Positions 9,401 through 16,832 of a stretch of 32,158 bases of DNA are shown here, piece after piece (the first letter of the stretch is position 1; each line of letters opens with the position of its first letter). Source of the DNA: an uncultured Muribaculaceae bacterium (lineage in GTDB: Bacteria; Bacillota_I; Bacilli_A; RF39; UBA660); the NCBI GenBank assembly GCA_964520725.1, contig CAZFQF010000001.1, positions 1-32,158 on the forward strand. The letters run 5' to 3'. The translations under genes were made by a program, and so were the position numbers. Under the pieces are notes generated by a model, which did not search any database, was not told the DNA's origin, and worked only from the letters and a program-made list of their open reading frames with translations.

Positions 9401-10085
9401 TAACATTACCATCAAATATAATGTTATTTAAAGTAGCATTATTAGTAGAAGAGGCAATTCCTCCTGTTGTAATTCCCCCATTAATTAATGAGTTTCTAAT
9501 AAATAAATTACTTACTTTTCCGTTTAAATTAGTAAATAAGCCTAATTCTTCTGTTTCCTCATCCGTTATATATAGACCATAAATACTATATAACCCCGCA
9601 TCAATATCACCTTTAAAATTTTGTAGTGACGGAAATAGATTTATTTGCCCGATTGCATCCCCATTTTTATCGGCAGTTTCATAATAATCATTTGTGAATT
9701 CTTTAACATAATAAGTATTACCATCTAAAATATACTCAATGCCATTTTCAGAAGAGTAATTTAAAATCCCTTTATTTAAAACTATATTTTTATTAATTAT
9801 AAAATAATTATTTAAATAATCTGTATTTTGAAGCTCAGCACTTAAATAAGCAAGTTCTGCACCGTTAGAAATAACATATGGATTTTCAATAGTTCCTTCT
9901 CCGCTAGCATAGCTACTAGCGATAGTACCATCCCAGATATCAGTAATTATTGTCCCATCACTATTTTTAAAACTAGCTAAAGTGGGAATTAAAACTGAGA
10001 TTATCAAAGCAAAAGAAGTTATTAAGAAGAGAAATATTAATTTTTGGGTTTTAGATAATCTGTTAATAAATCTTAATACTTTCAT
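6432..10085 (-). CDS. Large (1217-aa) secreted GLUG-motif, probably beta-helical surface protein; candidate adhesin
   Basis: Strong SD GAAGGAGGAG. The signal peptide ends ...LIPTLASFKNSDG (TasA-like, compare GTWAAFND). GEGTIENPYVISNGAELAYLS is followed by repeated GLUG-like motifs (GGIASS, AGGIIANAG, GGGIVGVAT, TGGLVGAIE, MGGITGTIN). The C-terminal half is Asn/Thr-rich and beta-rich with a DELSGIASIKYY Ig-like motif. There is no LPXTG. Confidence 0.6.
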   Translation of the reverse strand: MKVLRFINRLSKTQKLIFLFLITSFALIISVLIPTLASFKNSDGTIITDIWDGTIASSYASGEGTIENPYVISNGAELAYLSAELQNTDYLNNYFIINKNIVLNKGILNYSSENGIEYILDGNTYYVKEFTNDYYETADKNGDAIGQINLFPSLQNFKGDIDAGLYSIYGLYITDEETEELGLFTNLNGKVSNLFIRNSLINGGITTGGIASSTNNATLNNIIFDGNVINNKNDKLKSATGNVTVNPIDIYSYQTTKYLDLSNYIYLNSDIQTIKVTGNYTLSGVAENTTIKINNQEINGGTFSIDINPSDINNISITTSTNSLENPILTFNNFSYQITYNYQIAGGIIANAGNTIITNTINKANIYANHVGGGIVGVATQKLDIISSYSTGNITSNVVTGGLVGAIESATEEFNIGASYSTSSLTSLVMGGITGTINNSLETVNYNGIVDVTNSNNPFGIIKSDKVDVTNSYYITFGNAASNGNINGSFIRTTIENLKNENYLMTNLALGKYLDEEDLSVNPNNIWIFEPEEFPKLYLDIQYSKIGNINVANYTFNKYNLDLEINKLTTNITFNIEYLTDLNPVKEIKYYLNLSETPLTKSELNLIETWEEYDGIKIIYAKFINYKDEITYLNTNILMLDSTKPNIIINNGNYTWTDLKEDRELLNVNKPQSITLETNDELSGIASIKYYVSSSVLSKESLENLDDNLWQEYDSEINITEIGKTVVNIQVIDNFGNTTYANTDIIDYEGYTINYLKLGLNNNYENLLANITSKSALKLNASFTSSDDYGENITHYLKTNILLPKGTQITLIDNINNKKYSYQIKTSADNYNFESSCEGKENCSKTASYTFTLFKEVSVATNKLFKEESYYKDNKITENFTVIIDFAKTNISVNYNEVKIYLEIQDESGKVIKSTLEETMQSFNIYSKVNNELASGTLSLQTNYSGNEILYNTSSSTDINLTNLLNYKNLGELQILDTTFENKKTGLEIKLFDANGVVVNKKYLKNMIFKVGNKEYYPDNYNNIKIPLNNILLNNNVTLTILTTEENTGLTEGNYYFKVSSYASLDGYNNGIYSTNEITIPVKVANNNYNSNYGYSVNINPDNQIINKTSEHEEATFNIYYSGYILNPNIRVSLYEKKENGAITQEYIQKDLQQYVTNSLILKETDIYQFVINNYQNNEIKLKFQTNKLKNTSYKLIFELYNGDKRIDTIKKYFIAK

Positions 10086-10136
10086 GATCTTAACTCCTCC
10101 TTCTAAATATAACTATAGCTGCCTATACTATAGATA

Positions 10137-10165
10137 ATTATAACATAATTCTACATTTTTAGCAT
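10137..10165 (-). promoter_or_regulatory. Candidate extended -10 promoter for the 1217-aa gene operon
   Basis: Minus-strand TGTTATAAT, with TATAAT at 10142..10137 preceded by TGT. The -35 is weak (ATGCTA, 17-nt spacer). It lies between the tandem hairpins at 10172..10238 and the SD/ATG at 10085. Confidence 0.35.
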
Positions 10166-10171
10166 TAAAAT

Positions 10172-10197
10172 ATTAAAAAAATCCCTCTTGGGATTAT
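10172..10197 (-). terminator. Rho-independent terminator after the UbiA-family gene
   Basis: Minus-strand AATCCC (10195..10190), loop AAGA, then GGGATT (10185..10180), followed by TTTTTTTAATATTTT. Confidence 0.55.
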
Positions 10198-10210
10198 TAT
10201 TTGTTTTCTT

Positions 10211-10238
10211 TTTTCAGTAGTTATATAACTACTGAAAA
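10211..10238. repeat. Perfect 28-bp palindrome abutting the UbiA-family stop codon
   Basis: TTTTCAGTAGTTAT|ATAACTACTGAAAA is a perfect self-complement. It begins 1 nt after the stop codon at 10239..10241. Confidence 0.85.
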
Positions 10239-11138
10239 TCAGATTATATATATTATAAAAAAAATGATTAAGCTGTATAGCGCTATTAAAGATAATAAGA
10301 TTTTATCATCTGATATTACTTCTACAGGATCTCCATCTCCTTTAGTTTCAATTTGTAAACTATATCTTAAAAGGATTATTAAAACAAATGGTACTGTCCA
10401 TATTAATCTATTACCCGTTTTTAAAACTAGAAATGGATCAGTACACCAAAGAGCATAAAAGACAATTGTTGCTCCTAAACACATATACATATTTTTATCT
10501 AAAAATTCTTTATTATAATATTTTAATACTTCTCTTGTTTCTCCTTTAGTTTTTTTGATTTCATTTCTTCTCTTTCCAAGACCTAAATAAAATGATATAA
10601 AAGTTATTGTTAAATATAACCAATTAGATACCTCAACATTAGCAAGAGAACCTCCATACAGAACTCTAATTAAAAAACCTGTCGCAATTATTGTGATATC
10701 TAAAATCGGAATATTTTTTAGTTTAAAACTATATAAAAAATTTATTGAAAAATATATTAAAATAAATATAAAGCTAGATGATTTTAGATAAGAAAGTAAA
10801 ACAATAGTTACTATTAAAAGAATTATACTGAAAATAATTGCATTAAATTCTGAAATCGCCTTTGAAGCTATTGGACGATTTTTCTTTTTTTCATGTAATC
10901 TATCTTTAGGAGCATCTATTAAATCGTTGATTATATAAATTATTGAAGAGGTAAAAGAAAAAGCAGTAAATCCAAAAAAAACGTTTAAAATTACGGTTGA
11001 ATCGGAAAATAGTTGCTCACTAAAAATTAATGGTAAAAAAATCAAGAAATTTTTAATATAATGTTTGGGTCTCATTAGTTTAAGATAATTAAAAACTAAA
11101 AAAGATATTTGATTTTGTTTGTTTTTAGATGTTTTCAT
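10239..11138 (-). CDS. UbiA-family prenyltransferase, decaprenyl-phosphate phosphoribosyltransferase-like (polyprenyl-phosphate pentose donor synthesis)
   Basis: The track start (11153) is a TTG inside the upstream gene. ATG 11138 (MKTSKNKQ...) has GGAGGA 8 nt upstream. The protein is polytopic and carries the motif NDLIDAPKDRLHEKKKNRPIASKAIS. This matches the NDxxDxxxDRxHxxKxxRPIAsG signature of DPPR synthases (Rv3806c type). Confidence 0.7.
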   Translation of the reverse strand: MKTSKNKQNQISFLVFNYLKLMRPKHYIKNFLIFLPLIFSEQLFSDSTVILNVFFGFTAFSFTSSIIYIINDLIDAPKDRLHEKKKNRPIASKAISEFNAIIFSIILLIVTIVLLSYLKSSSFIFILIYFSINFLYSFKLKNIPILDITIIATGFLIRVLYGGSLANVEVSNWLYLTITFISFYLGLGKRRNEIKKTKGETREVLKYYNKEFLDKNMYMCLGATIVFYALWCTDPFLVLKTGNRLIWTVPFVLIILLRYSLQIETKGDGDPVEVISDDKILLSLIALYSLIIFFIIYII

Positions 11139-11142
11139 TAGA

Positions 11143-12405
11143 CTATCCTCCAATTATTCTTATAATATCACTTACGCTTCGGAAATTAAACAATAATTCG
11201 CAAAATAAAATTAAAAATATTACACTATAAATTAAATAACTAGACTTTTTAGCATGTTTTAAAGATAATCCTAATAATAAAATTATTGCAAATAAGAAGT
11301 GCGGTGTATATAAAAATGATTCGTACAAACCAAACTTTAATCCGAAGTGTAAAATTATATTGAAATTTAGAATTAAAAAGCACGCTATAACATTTCTATC
11401 TATTTTTTTTAATGTTGATAAAATAGGAATATATACTGCCGTTGTTAAAAAAGTTATTATTAAATTTGCTGATGGAATAAAAGAGATTGCCGCACTAAAA
11501 TTGTTACCTAGTTGATCTGTATCTACTGTATCAATATAAAATAACCCCGATGATAACAAATAATAATATAACATTTTTAATTTAACAGTCAATGTATTAT
11601 TATAAGCAAAATTCGTACTATTTTCTGCTACTATTTGAAAAAAGTTTTCATAAACAATTGAAGTATAAATTGGATCTTGAAAATATACTAACCCTAAAAC
11701 CACTAAAAAGCTAATTATAAAGCTTGCAATTAATTTTAACCACGCCTTAATATCTTTAAAACTGATTAAAGCTAAACAGTTTATTCCCCACGCACAAATA
11801 TTTGTAATAGTTGTTCCGAATATAATAACTCCTAGAAATCCTGATAGAATATACTTTTTTTTTGATAGACAATAATAATTGATGATTAATAAAGTTGAAC
11901 TGTAAATAAAACTTTCAGCTAAAACTGTCGAAATAATTATTGAATTAGCAAAAAGAAAAGTCAAACTTAATAAAAAAGCTGCTGTTAATTTCAAGTTAAA
12001 AATATCGTATAAAATTAAAAAGAGAAAAATTATTCCAGTTAGAGAAGTAATTATTTGAAGTATAATTACAAAATTGTAATGTTCGTTAAAAGTTATGGGA
12101 TTTTTAATTCCTTCTTCAAACTGGGCTATCTTATTAGCATTAAAAACTAATAAGGGATGTTTAATAGAAGAATATATTAATTTATGTTTTGTGGTTTCAT
12201 CAGCATCAAAAACTTTATTAATATAATATAAATCATCATAGGAATAAAATCTATCACCAATAAAATGTTTTTTATCATAAACTTGATATTTATTAAATTT
12301 ATTAGTAATAACTAAAAACATAGTTAAAGAAATTATTAATAAACAAATAATTCCAATTAATTTTTTATTGTTAAGTTTTAATTTATTTATAATTGTATTT
12401 TTCAT
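11143..12405 (-). CDS. Polytopic integral membrane protein (about 11 TM segments), candidate GT-C-type glycosyltransferase
   Basis: A 420-aa ORF that is almost entirely hydrophobic helices with short loops. Its stop lies 4 nt before the start of the UbiA-family gene. The function is assigned from architecture and gene pairing only. Confidence 0.4.
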   Translation of the reverse strand: MKNTIINKLKLNNKKLIGIICLLIISLTMFLVITNKFNKYQVYDKKHFIGDRFYSYDDLYYINKVFDADETTKHKLIYSSIKHPLLVFNANKIAQFEEGIKNPITFNEHYNFVIILQIITSLTGIIFLFLILYDIFNLKLTAAFLLSLTFLFANSIIISTVLAESFIYSSTLLIINYYCLSKKKYILSGFLGVIIFGTTITNICAWGINCLALISFKDIKAWLKLIASFIISFLVVLGLVYFQDPIYTSIVYENFFQIVAENSTNFAYNNTLTVKLKMLYYYLLSSGLFYIDTVDTDQLGNNFSAAISFIPSANLIITFLTTAVYIPILSTLKKIDRNVIACFLILNFNIILHFGLKFGLYESFLYTPHFLFAIILLLGLSLKHAKKSSYLIYSVIFLILFCELLFNFRSVSDIIRIIGG

Positions 12406-12470
12406 ATGTCACCTAAATATCTATATTGACTTTTTATTATTTTATCATAATTAGAAAAGGGAATTAAATT

Positions 12471-14102
12471 TTATTCCCCATTTTTCTTATTTTCTTTTTC
12501 AATTAATTTTGCCACTTCAGCAATAAACCAGAGTTTTTCAATATTAATTGAACTACTCTCTATTTCTCTTATTCTTGAAACTAAATATAATTTTTCTAGA
12601 AATATTGGTAAATTTTCTATAGTTAAATCTTCTTCAATTAAATTAATGTTTAAAAGTCGATATTTATTAACAATAACTTTAGATACAATATTTTCTTCAT
12701 AAGTAAATGCCGAGCAAACAATAACATTTGTTGGATTCATTGCAAACAGATCGAAGATATCACTATATTCTAATAAGTCTTCGTAACTATTTAATTCATA
12801 AATTTTTTTAATAGCAGTTTTTTTATAAAAATCAAAACTATAATATAAATGCAATAAATCATTTACGGTAAATGAAGTATTTAACGTTGATAAAACTTTA
12901 ATTCGAAAATACTCTTCAATATATTTTTGATATAATTCTTTTAAGCCATTTGCTAGCTTAATAGATTCAAATTTTAATTCTTTTAAATTTTTTTCTTTAA
13001 TTCCCAAGAAAGGGCGATCAGAATTAAATATTTTTTTATTTAGTTTATATAGTTTATTCTCATTTTGAGTTATTTTTTCTTCTAGTTCTTTTAAAGGTTT
13101 ATTAATATCTACTTTACTATTAGATTCTCCATCAAAGCTTTTTAAATATTCTTTTTTAAATTCTAAAATTAAAGGTGTGAATTTTAAATAGTTTGAGTAC
13201 TCTTCAAGATTATTTTTTAATTTTTCTAAACTATCATAAAATTTATTCATTAAATTAAGATCACTCAAATTCAAAGAATCTATCATTAAACTATTAAATG
13301 TTGTAGTTCTTATTTTAGACCCTTCAAAAAAATTATTAACGTCAATTTCTCTAGTTTTTGCTAGTTCAATAATATCACTAATATTTTCTTTACTAATAGC
13401 ATTCAATTCTCGATAAGTAGAAGCTAATTTTTCCAAACAAGTTTGATAATTCAAATTACTTTTTCTTGACACTTCTTCTTGAAGTAGGTTTATATAATTA
13501 ATAAATTTCTTTTCATTAATACGAATTAGTCTTCTAAAGTTAAGTTCAATATGGGAAATAATATCCGGATTATCCCAATATATTTTCTCAAATATTTCTG
13601 TTAAGCTATCAAAACTAGAATTTGGAGAAGTTTTAACATCTAAGAAAGCCGACATAAACTGATTTACATAATAAGTATAATTAAAATCCTTTTTTGTTAA
13701 TTTAATTCCAGCTGTTTCAAATTTATTAATAAACTCATTAATAATATTATTCAGAGTTCCAAAATTAACATCTTGATAATTAGTCAATTGATAAAATAAT
13801 GAATCAAAACCAATTTTTTCAAAATAAGTATTAATTGGATTTAAAATAAATCTAATATTAGCAAGATCAGCTATTTTTTCTGCAAACTCAGTTGTATTTC
13901 TTGTATCGGCAATATGAAATGATTTACTTTTTAATTCAATATATTTTTTTATCGATTTTTTATAATCTAAATAAGTATCTTTAACTGAATCTATTTTAGC
14001 ATTAAACTTTCTTTTATTAGCTTTTGTATTAGTGGGCATAGTTGAAAACAAAGTTTTCTTAGATTGCATATCTTCGTCTATATACTCTAAAAAATTAGTC
14101 AT
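12471..14102 (-). CDS. Cytoplasmic, predicted all-helical or coiled-coil protein of unknown function (543 aa)
   Basis: A long ORF with SD AAGGAGAAGAG 7 nt upstream. It has no signal peptide, no TM segment and no motif I recognise. It is rich in Lys, Glu, Asn, Leu and Ile. Confidence 0.6.
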   Translation of the reverse strand: MTNFLEYIDEDMQSKKTLFSTMPTNTKANKRKFNAKIDSVKDTYLDYKKSIKKYIELKSKSFHIADTRNTTEFAEKIADLANIRFILNPINTYFEKIGFDSLFYQLTNYQDVNFGTLNNIINEFINKFETAGIKLTKKDFNYTYYVNQFMSAFLDVKTSPNSSFDSLTEIFEKIYWDNPDIISHIELNFRRLIRINEKKFINYINLLQEEVSRKSNLNYQTCLEKLASTYRELNAISKENISDIIELAKTREIDVNNFFEGSKIRTTTFNSLMIDSLNLSDLNLMNKFYDSLEKLKNNLEEYSNYLKFTPLILEFKKEYLKSFDGESNSKVDINKPLKELEEKITQNENKLYKLNKKIFNSDRPFLGIKEKNLKELKFESIKLANGLKELYQKYIEEYFRIKVLSTLNTSFTVNDLLHLYYSFDFYKKTAIKKIYELNSYEDLLEYSDIFDLFAMNPTNVIVCSAFTYEENIVSKVIVNKYRLLNINLIEEDLTIENLPIFLEKLYLVSRIREIESSSINIEKLWFIAEVAKLIEKENKKNGE

Positions 14103-14103
14103 T

Positions 14104-14250
14104 TTACTCTTCTCCTTTGTTTTCTGGCTCTGCTAGTCTTGTTTCATCTAAATAATCTAAAAAGCTTGTTGCCTTTTCATAAAGATTAATTAATTCGCTT
14201 AGTGAAAGTACTGATAAATCAAAGTCAACTTTTTTTTCTTCTTTTTTCAT
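14104..14250 (-). CDS. Unlisted small acidic protein (48 aa) translationally coupled to the 543-aa gene
   Basis: My translation is MKKEEKKVDFDLSVLSLSELINLYEKATSFLDYLDETRLAEPENKGEE. SD AAGGGTGA lies 7 nt upstream. It starts 19 nt after the stop of the upstream gene. Its TAA is separated by 1 nt from the next ATG (TAAAATG). Confidence 0.55.
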   Translation of the reverse strand: MKKEEKKVDFDLSVLSLSELINLYEKATSFLDYLDETRLAEPENKGEE

Positions 14251-14269
14251 AATTATTCACCCTTTTTCT

Positions 14270-15334
14270 CTATTCATAACCAGCTAAATCTTTAGTTAAG
14301 CTAACTGATACGGCTAAATCCGCCCCTCTTGAATAAGTTTCTAAACTATCTATATCTTGCCCCTCAAGCCAAATATAAACTCTTGCTTTTGTAATCGCAT
14401 TTGGAACTTGAAATATTACTGATTTAAAATCTTTAATCGTATCTTGAAATTTAAAGTTCTTACTATCTAATGGTATTCCAGTTCCATCATGACCATTAGT
14501 ATGTTCTAAACGTGTCCCTTCATTTATAATTCCATAGGTCGGATTAAAAATCCCGTCTTTTAATTTTATTCCATAATTTTCTGCTGTTTCAATTGATTTT
14601 TCCGAATGTTTAAGATAGTTCGGTTCATAAATTATTGCCTCACAAGCATTATTACATTTAATATTTTGAATTGTATTTATATCACTTTTAAGGGGAACAC
14701 TCCCTATTTTAATAATTCCTAATCTCAAAGAATTTATAATTCCATCCATTTCATATTTTACTTCGTCATCGGTTTCTTCTTCATAATCAATAAATGTATC
14801 ATCAGCAATATATAAATTATCAGGAAAAGGAGAGCCACTGACGTTTTTTAAAAAAATATCAAATGCAACAAAATTTGTGGCAGAACGAGAAACTTTTTCA
14901 TCAAAATTAATTGTATTTAATAATCTTTTCACAGTACCATTTGCATTTTTTTCTTTAGTTCTAACTAATTCTCCAGTAAAGATATCAAATTTGTCATTAT
15001 CAACTGTTCTTGGTCCATTAGATGATACTGGCCATAGCCCATAAGACCACTGGTTAGTGTGACTTGGATATGTAGACTTTAAGTCCATGATAATGCTATC
15101 CATTGAGATAGTTACAGAATCAGAAAACTCTACTCCGTCTAAAGAAATAAATATTCCTGTATTACTAGAAACTGACATTTCAAAAAAATGGATTTTTACA
15201 TTTAAAGCTGAAGAAAGCCAAGCATATGTCGAAACTGTTAATAAAACTGTAGTAAAAAAAGTTATTAAAAATAAGACTTTTTTCTTTTTAGTTGAATGTT
15301 CTTTAGTTTGATTCTTTACTTTATCTTTAAACAT
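14270..15334 (-). CDS. Divergent member (354 aa) of the secreted paralogue family; SipW/TasA-type signal junction
   Basis: SD AAAAGAGGA. The N-terminus reads ...VLLTVSTYAWLSSALNVKIHFFEMSV. Family motifs are shared: NFVAFDIFLKNVSG, SLRLGIIKIG, C-x2-C then IIYEPN, and ARVYIWLEGQDIDSLE...LAVSVSLTKD. Confidence 0.7.
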   Translation of the reverse strand: MFKDKVKNQTKEHSTKKKKVLFLITFFTTVLLTVSTYAWLSSALNVKIHFFEMSVSSNTGIFISLDGVEFSDSVTISMDSIIMDLKSTYPSHTNQWSYGLWPVSSNGPRTVDNDKFDIFTGELVRTKEKNANGTVKRLLNTINFDEKVSRSATNFVAFDIFLKNVSGSPFPDNLYIADDTFIDYEEETDDEVKYEMDGIINSLRLGIIKIGSVPLKSDINTIQNIKCNNACEAIIYEPNYLKHSEKSIETAENYGIKLKDGIFNPTYGIINEGTRLEHTNGHDGTGIPLDSKNFKFQDTIKDFKSVIFQVPNAITKARVYIWLEGQDIDSLETYSRGADLAVSVSLTKDLAGYE

Positions 15335-15354
15335 CTAAATCCTCTTTTCTAAAT

Positions 15355-15390
15355 AGAAGTAAAAGAGTAACCAACTCTGATTACTCTTCA
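15355..15390 (-). terminator. Hairpin between the 450-aa paralogue and downstream accessory genes (terminator or attenuating stem)
   Basis: Minus-strand AAGAGTAA (15388..15381), a 10-nt loop, then TTACTCTT (15370..15363), followed by TTACTTCTATTT. The U-tract is imperfect. Confidence 0.45.
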
Positions 15391-15454
15391 TTATTCTAAC
15401 AATATTAAATAATCGTCAGTTTACTTATTTAACATTAATTGTTACTAATTAAAA

Positions 15455-16807
15455 TTATGGTTCTGGTGTTGGTTCAGTAGTTGTTGTAGTAGTTGATGAT
15501 GTTGTTACAGGTCTAGTTGGTCCACTATAATTAAAATCAGTTTCAATAAATCTTTGTTTAGTAAATCCAAATTTAACAGAAATACTTTTTCCAATTGATG
15601 CAAAATCATAGTTATCTACGTCTTGTCCTTCAATATAGATATATACTCTTATTTTAGTAATACTATTTGGAGCTAATTTCATAAATGTTGGACGATCAGT
15701 TCCTGTTTGAATTTTATGTGAATCACTAAAATAAGGATATGCTTCTAATAATTGATCTCCAGTTCCTATTAAAGCGGTTCCATCTCCTGGATCTGGTTCT
15801 TCCGCATCTTTTTCTAATACATTTGTTGTATAACCATTATAAGTTAGACCATCATATACATCAACATTATCACCTGATTCAATTTTTTTAGCAACTGCAT
15901 AAGTTGGATAAGCTGTTCCATTAGCTATAAGTGGGCAATCAAACGCCTTACTATATGAATCTTTCTCTGTTACATCAGAACCAGTTCTTTTTTGACAAGA
16001 TTTTTGATACCAATCAATAGCTCCAGCTACGTGAGCTGTATCATTTGGTTCCCAAATTTGAGCTCTACGAGTACAAATTCCAGTTACGTCAGACCCACCA
16101 GTACAATCAATTCCTGTAATAGTTGCTTGAGTTGTCGTATCGCCACTTACTCGTCCGATTTGAGCGAACGCTACTCTAACTGAGTTTTCAATTCCTGTCC
16201 CAGATACACCAGGTGTAGTTGCCCCACTATCAGAAACTCCGACAGCAGAATCTACTGATAGATAAATTGCTTCTTCATCTAGCTCATCTAATTCTTCAAT
16301 ATATTGAGCTCCAGTAGAGTTTTTGATGAATAAATCAAACGCAACATACCCATCAACTTCTGTTTCAGTATAATCTCCTTCATCATCTTTAACTGTATTT
16401 TCAACTTGACTAGCTATTAATCTATATCCTCCTGGTGTTGCTGTTAAACTAGCTTTTTCATACATAATTAATCTAGATGAACCTGAATCAATATCACCAA
16501 CACTTGACATTGGAATTAGACCTTTTCCAGCCCACCAGTTAGTATTACCATCATATGGATTTTCATCACCTGTTTTTGCGTTGTAGTTAGCCTCAGAAAT
16601 ACTTACGGTATCAAACCATTTAGCACCATTTAATGATAATTGTAAGTCTTCAGTAGCAGCAATTTCAACATCAAAACTAGAAACATTTACAGTTCGCATA
16701 CCAACAAACCATGCATAGGTTGAAACTGATAAGATTATCGCTGTTAAAGATAAAGCAATAACCAAATTTCTAATACGCATTTTATGTGTTTTATTTTCTT
16801 TTTTCAT
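15455..16807 (-). CDS. Secreted fibre-subunit candidate, paralogue A (450 aa), with a Thr/Pro-rich C-terminal tail
   Basis: SD AGAGGT. The N-terminus reads IRNLVIALSLTAIILSVSTYAWFVGMRTVNVSSFDVEIAA. Core motifs are GYVAFDLFIKN, GIENSVRVAFAQIGRV, C..GIC..AQIWEPND, TKIRVYIYIEGQDVDNYDF and GKSISVKFGFTKQRF. The tail reads RPVTTSSTTTTTTEPTPEP. Confidence 0.75.
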   Translation of the reverse strand: MKKENKTHKMRIRNLVIALSLTAIILSVSTYAWFVGMRTVNVSSFDVEIAATEDLQLSLNGAKWFDTVSISEANYNAKTGDENPYDGNTNWWAGKGLIPMSSVGDIDSGSSRLIMYEKASLTATPGGYRLIASQVENTVKDDEGDYTETEVDGYVAFDLFIKNSTGAQYIEELDELDEEAIYLSVDSAVGVSDSGATTPGVSGTGIENSVRVAFAQIGRVSGDTTTQATITGIDCTGGSDVTGICTRRAQIWEPNDTAHVAGAIDWYQKSCQKRTGSDVTEKDSYSKAFDCPLIANGTAYPTYAVAKKIESGDNVDVYDGLTYNGYTTNVLEKDAEEPDPGDGTALIGTGDQLLEAYPYFSDSHKIQTGTDRPTFMKLAPNSITKIRVYIYIEGQDVDNYDFASIGKSISVKFGFTKQRFIETDFNYSGPTRPVTTSSTTTTTTEPTPEP

Positions 16808-16832
16808 AATTACCTCTTTCCTCTTTCTTTTT

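Noticed and set aside
6279-10458. Plus-strand ORFs 6279..6488, 9337..9582 and 10201..10458
   Set aside because: They are antisense shadows of the 193-aa, 1217-aa and UbiA-family genes. They have no ribosome-binding sites and implausible composition.
5853-11153. Three identical-looking 11-nt gene overlaps in the ORF track (5861..5871, 6432..6442, 11143..11153), as a possible coupling or frameshift signal
   Set aside because: They are artefacts of longest-ORF calling. The 6442 and 11153 starts are TTG codons with no SD. The 5871 start is an ATG, but its only SD-like sequence (GAGG) abuts it with no spacing. In each case an ATG with a good SD lies 15-30 nt downstream (5853, 6412, 11138), giving short positive intergenic gaps.
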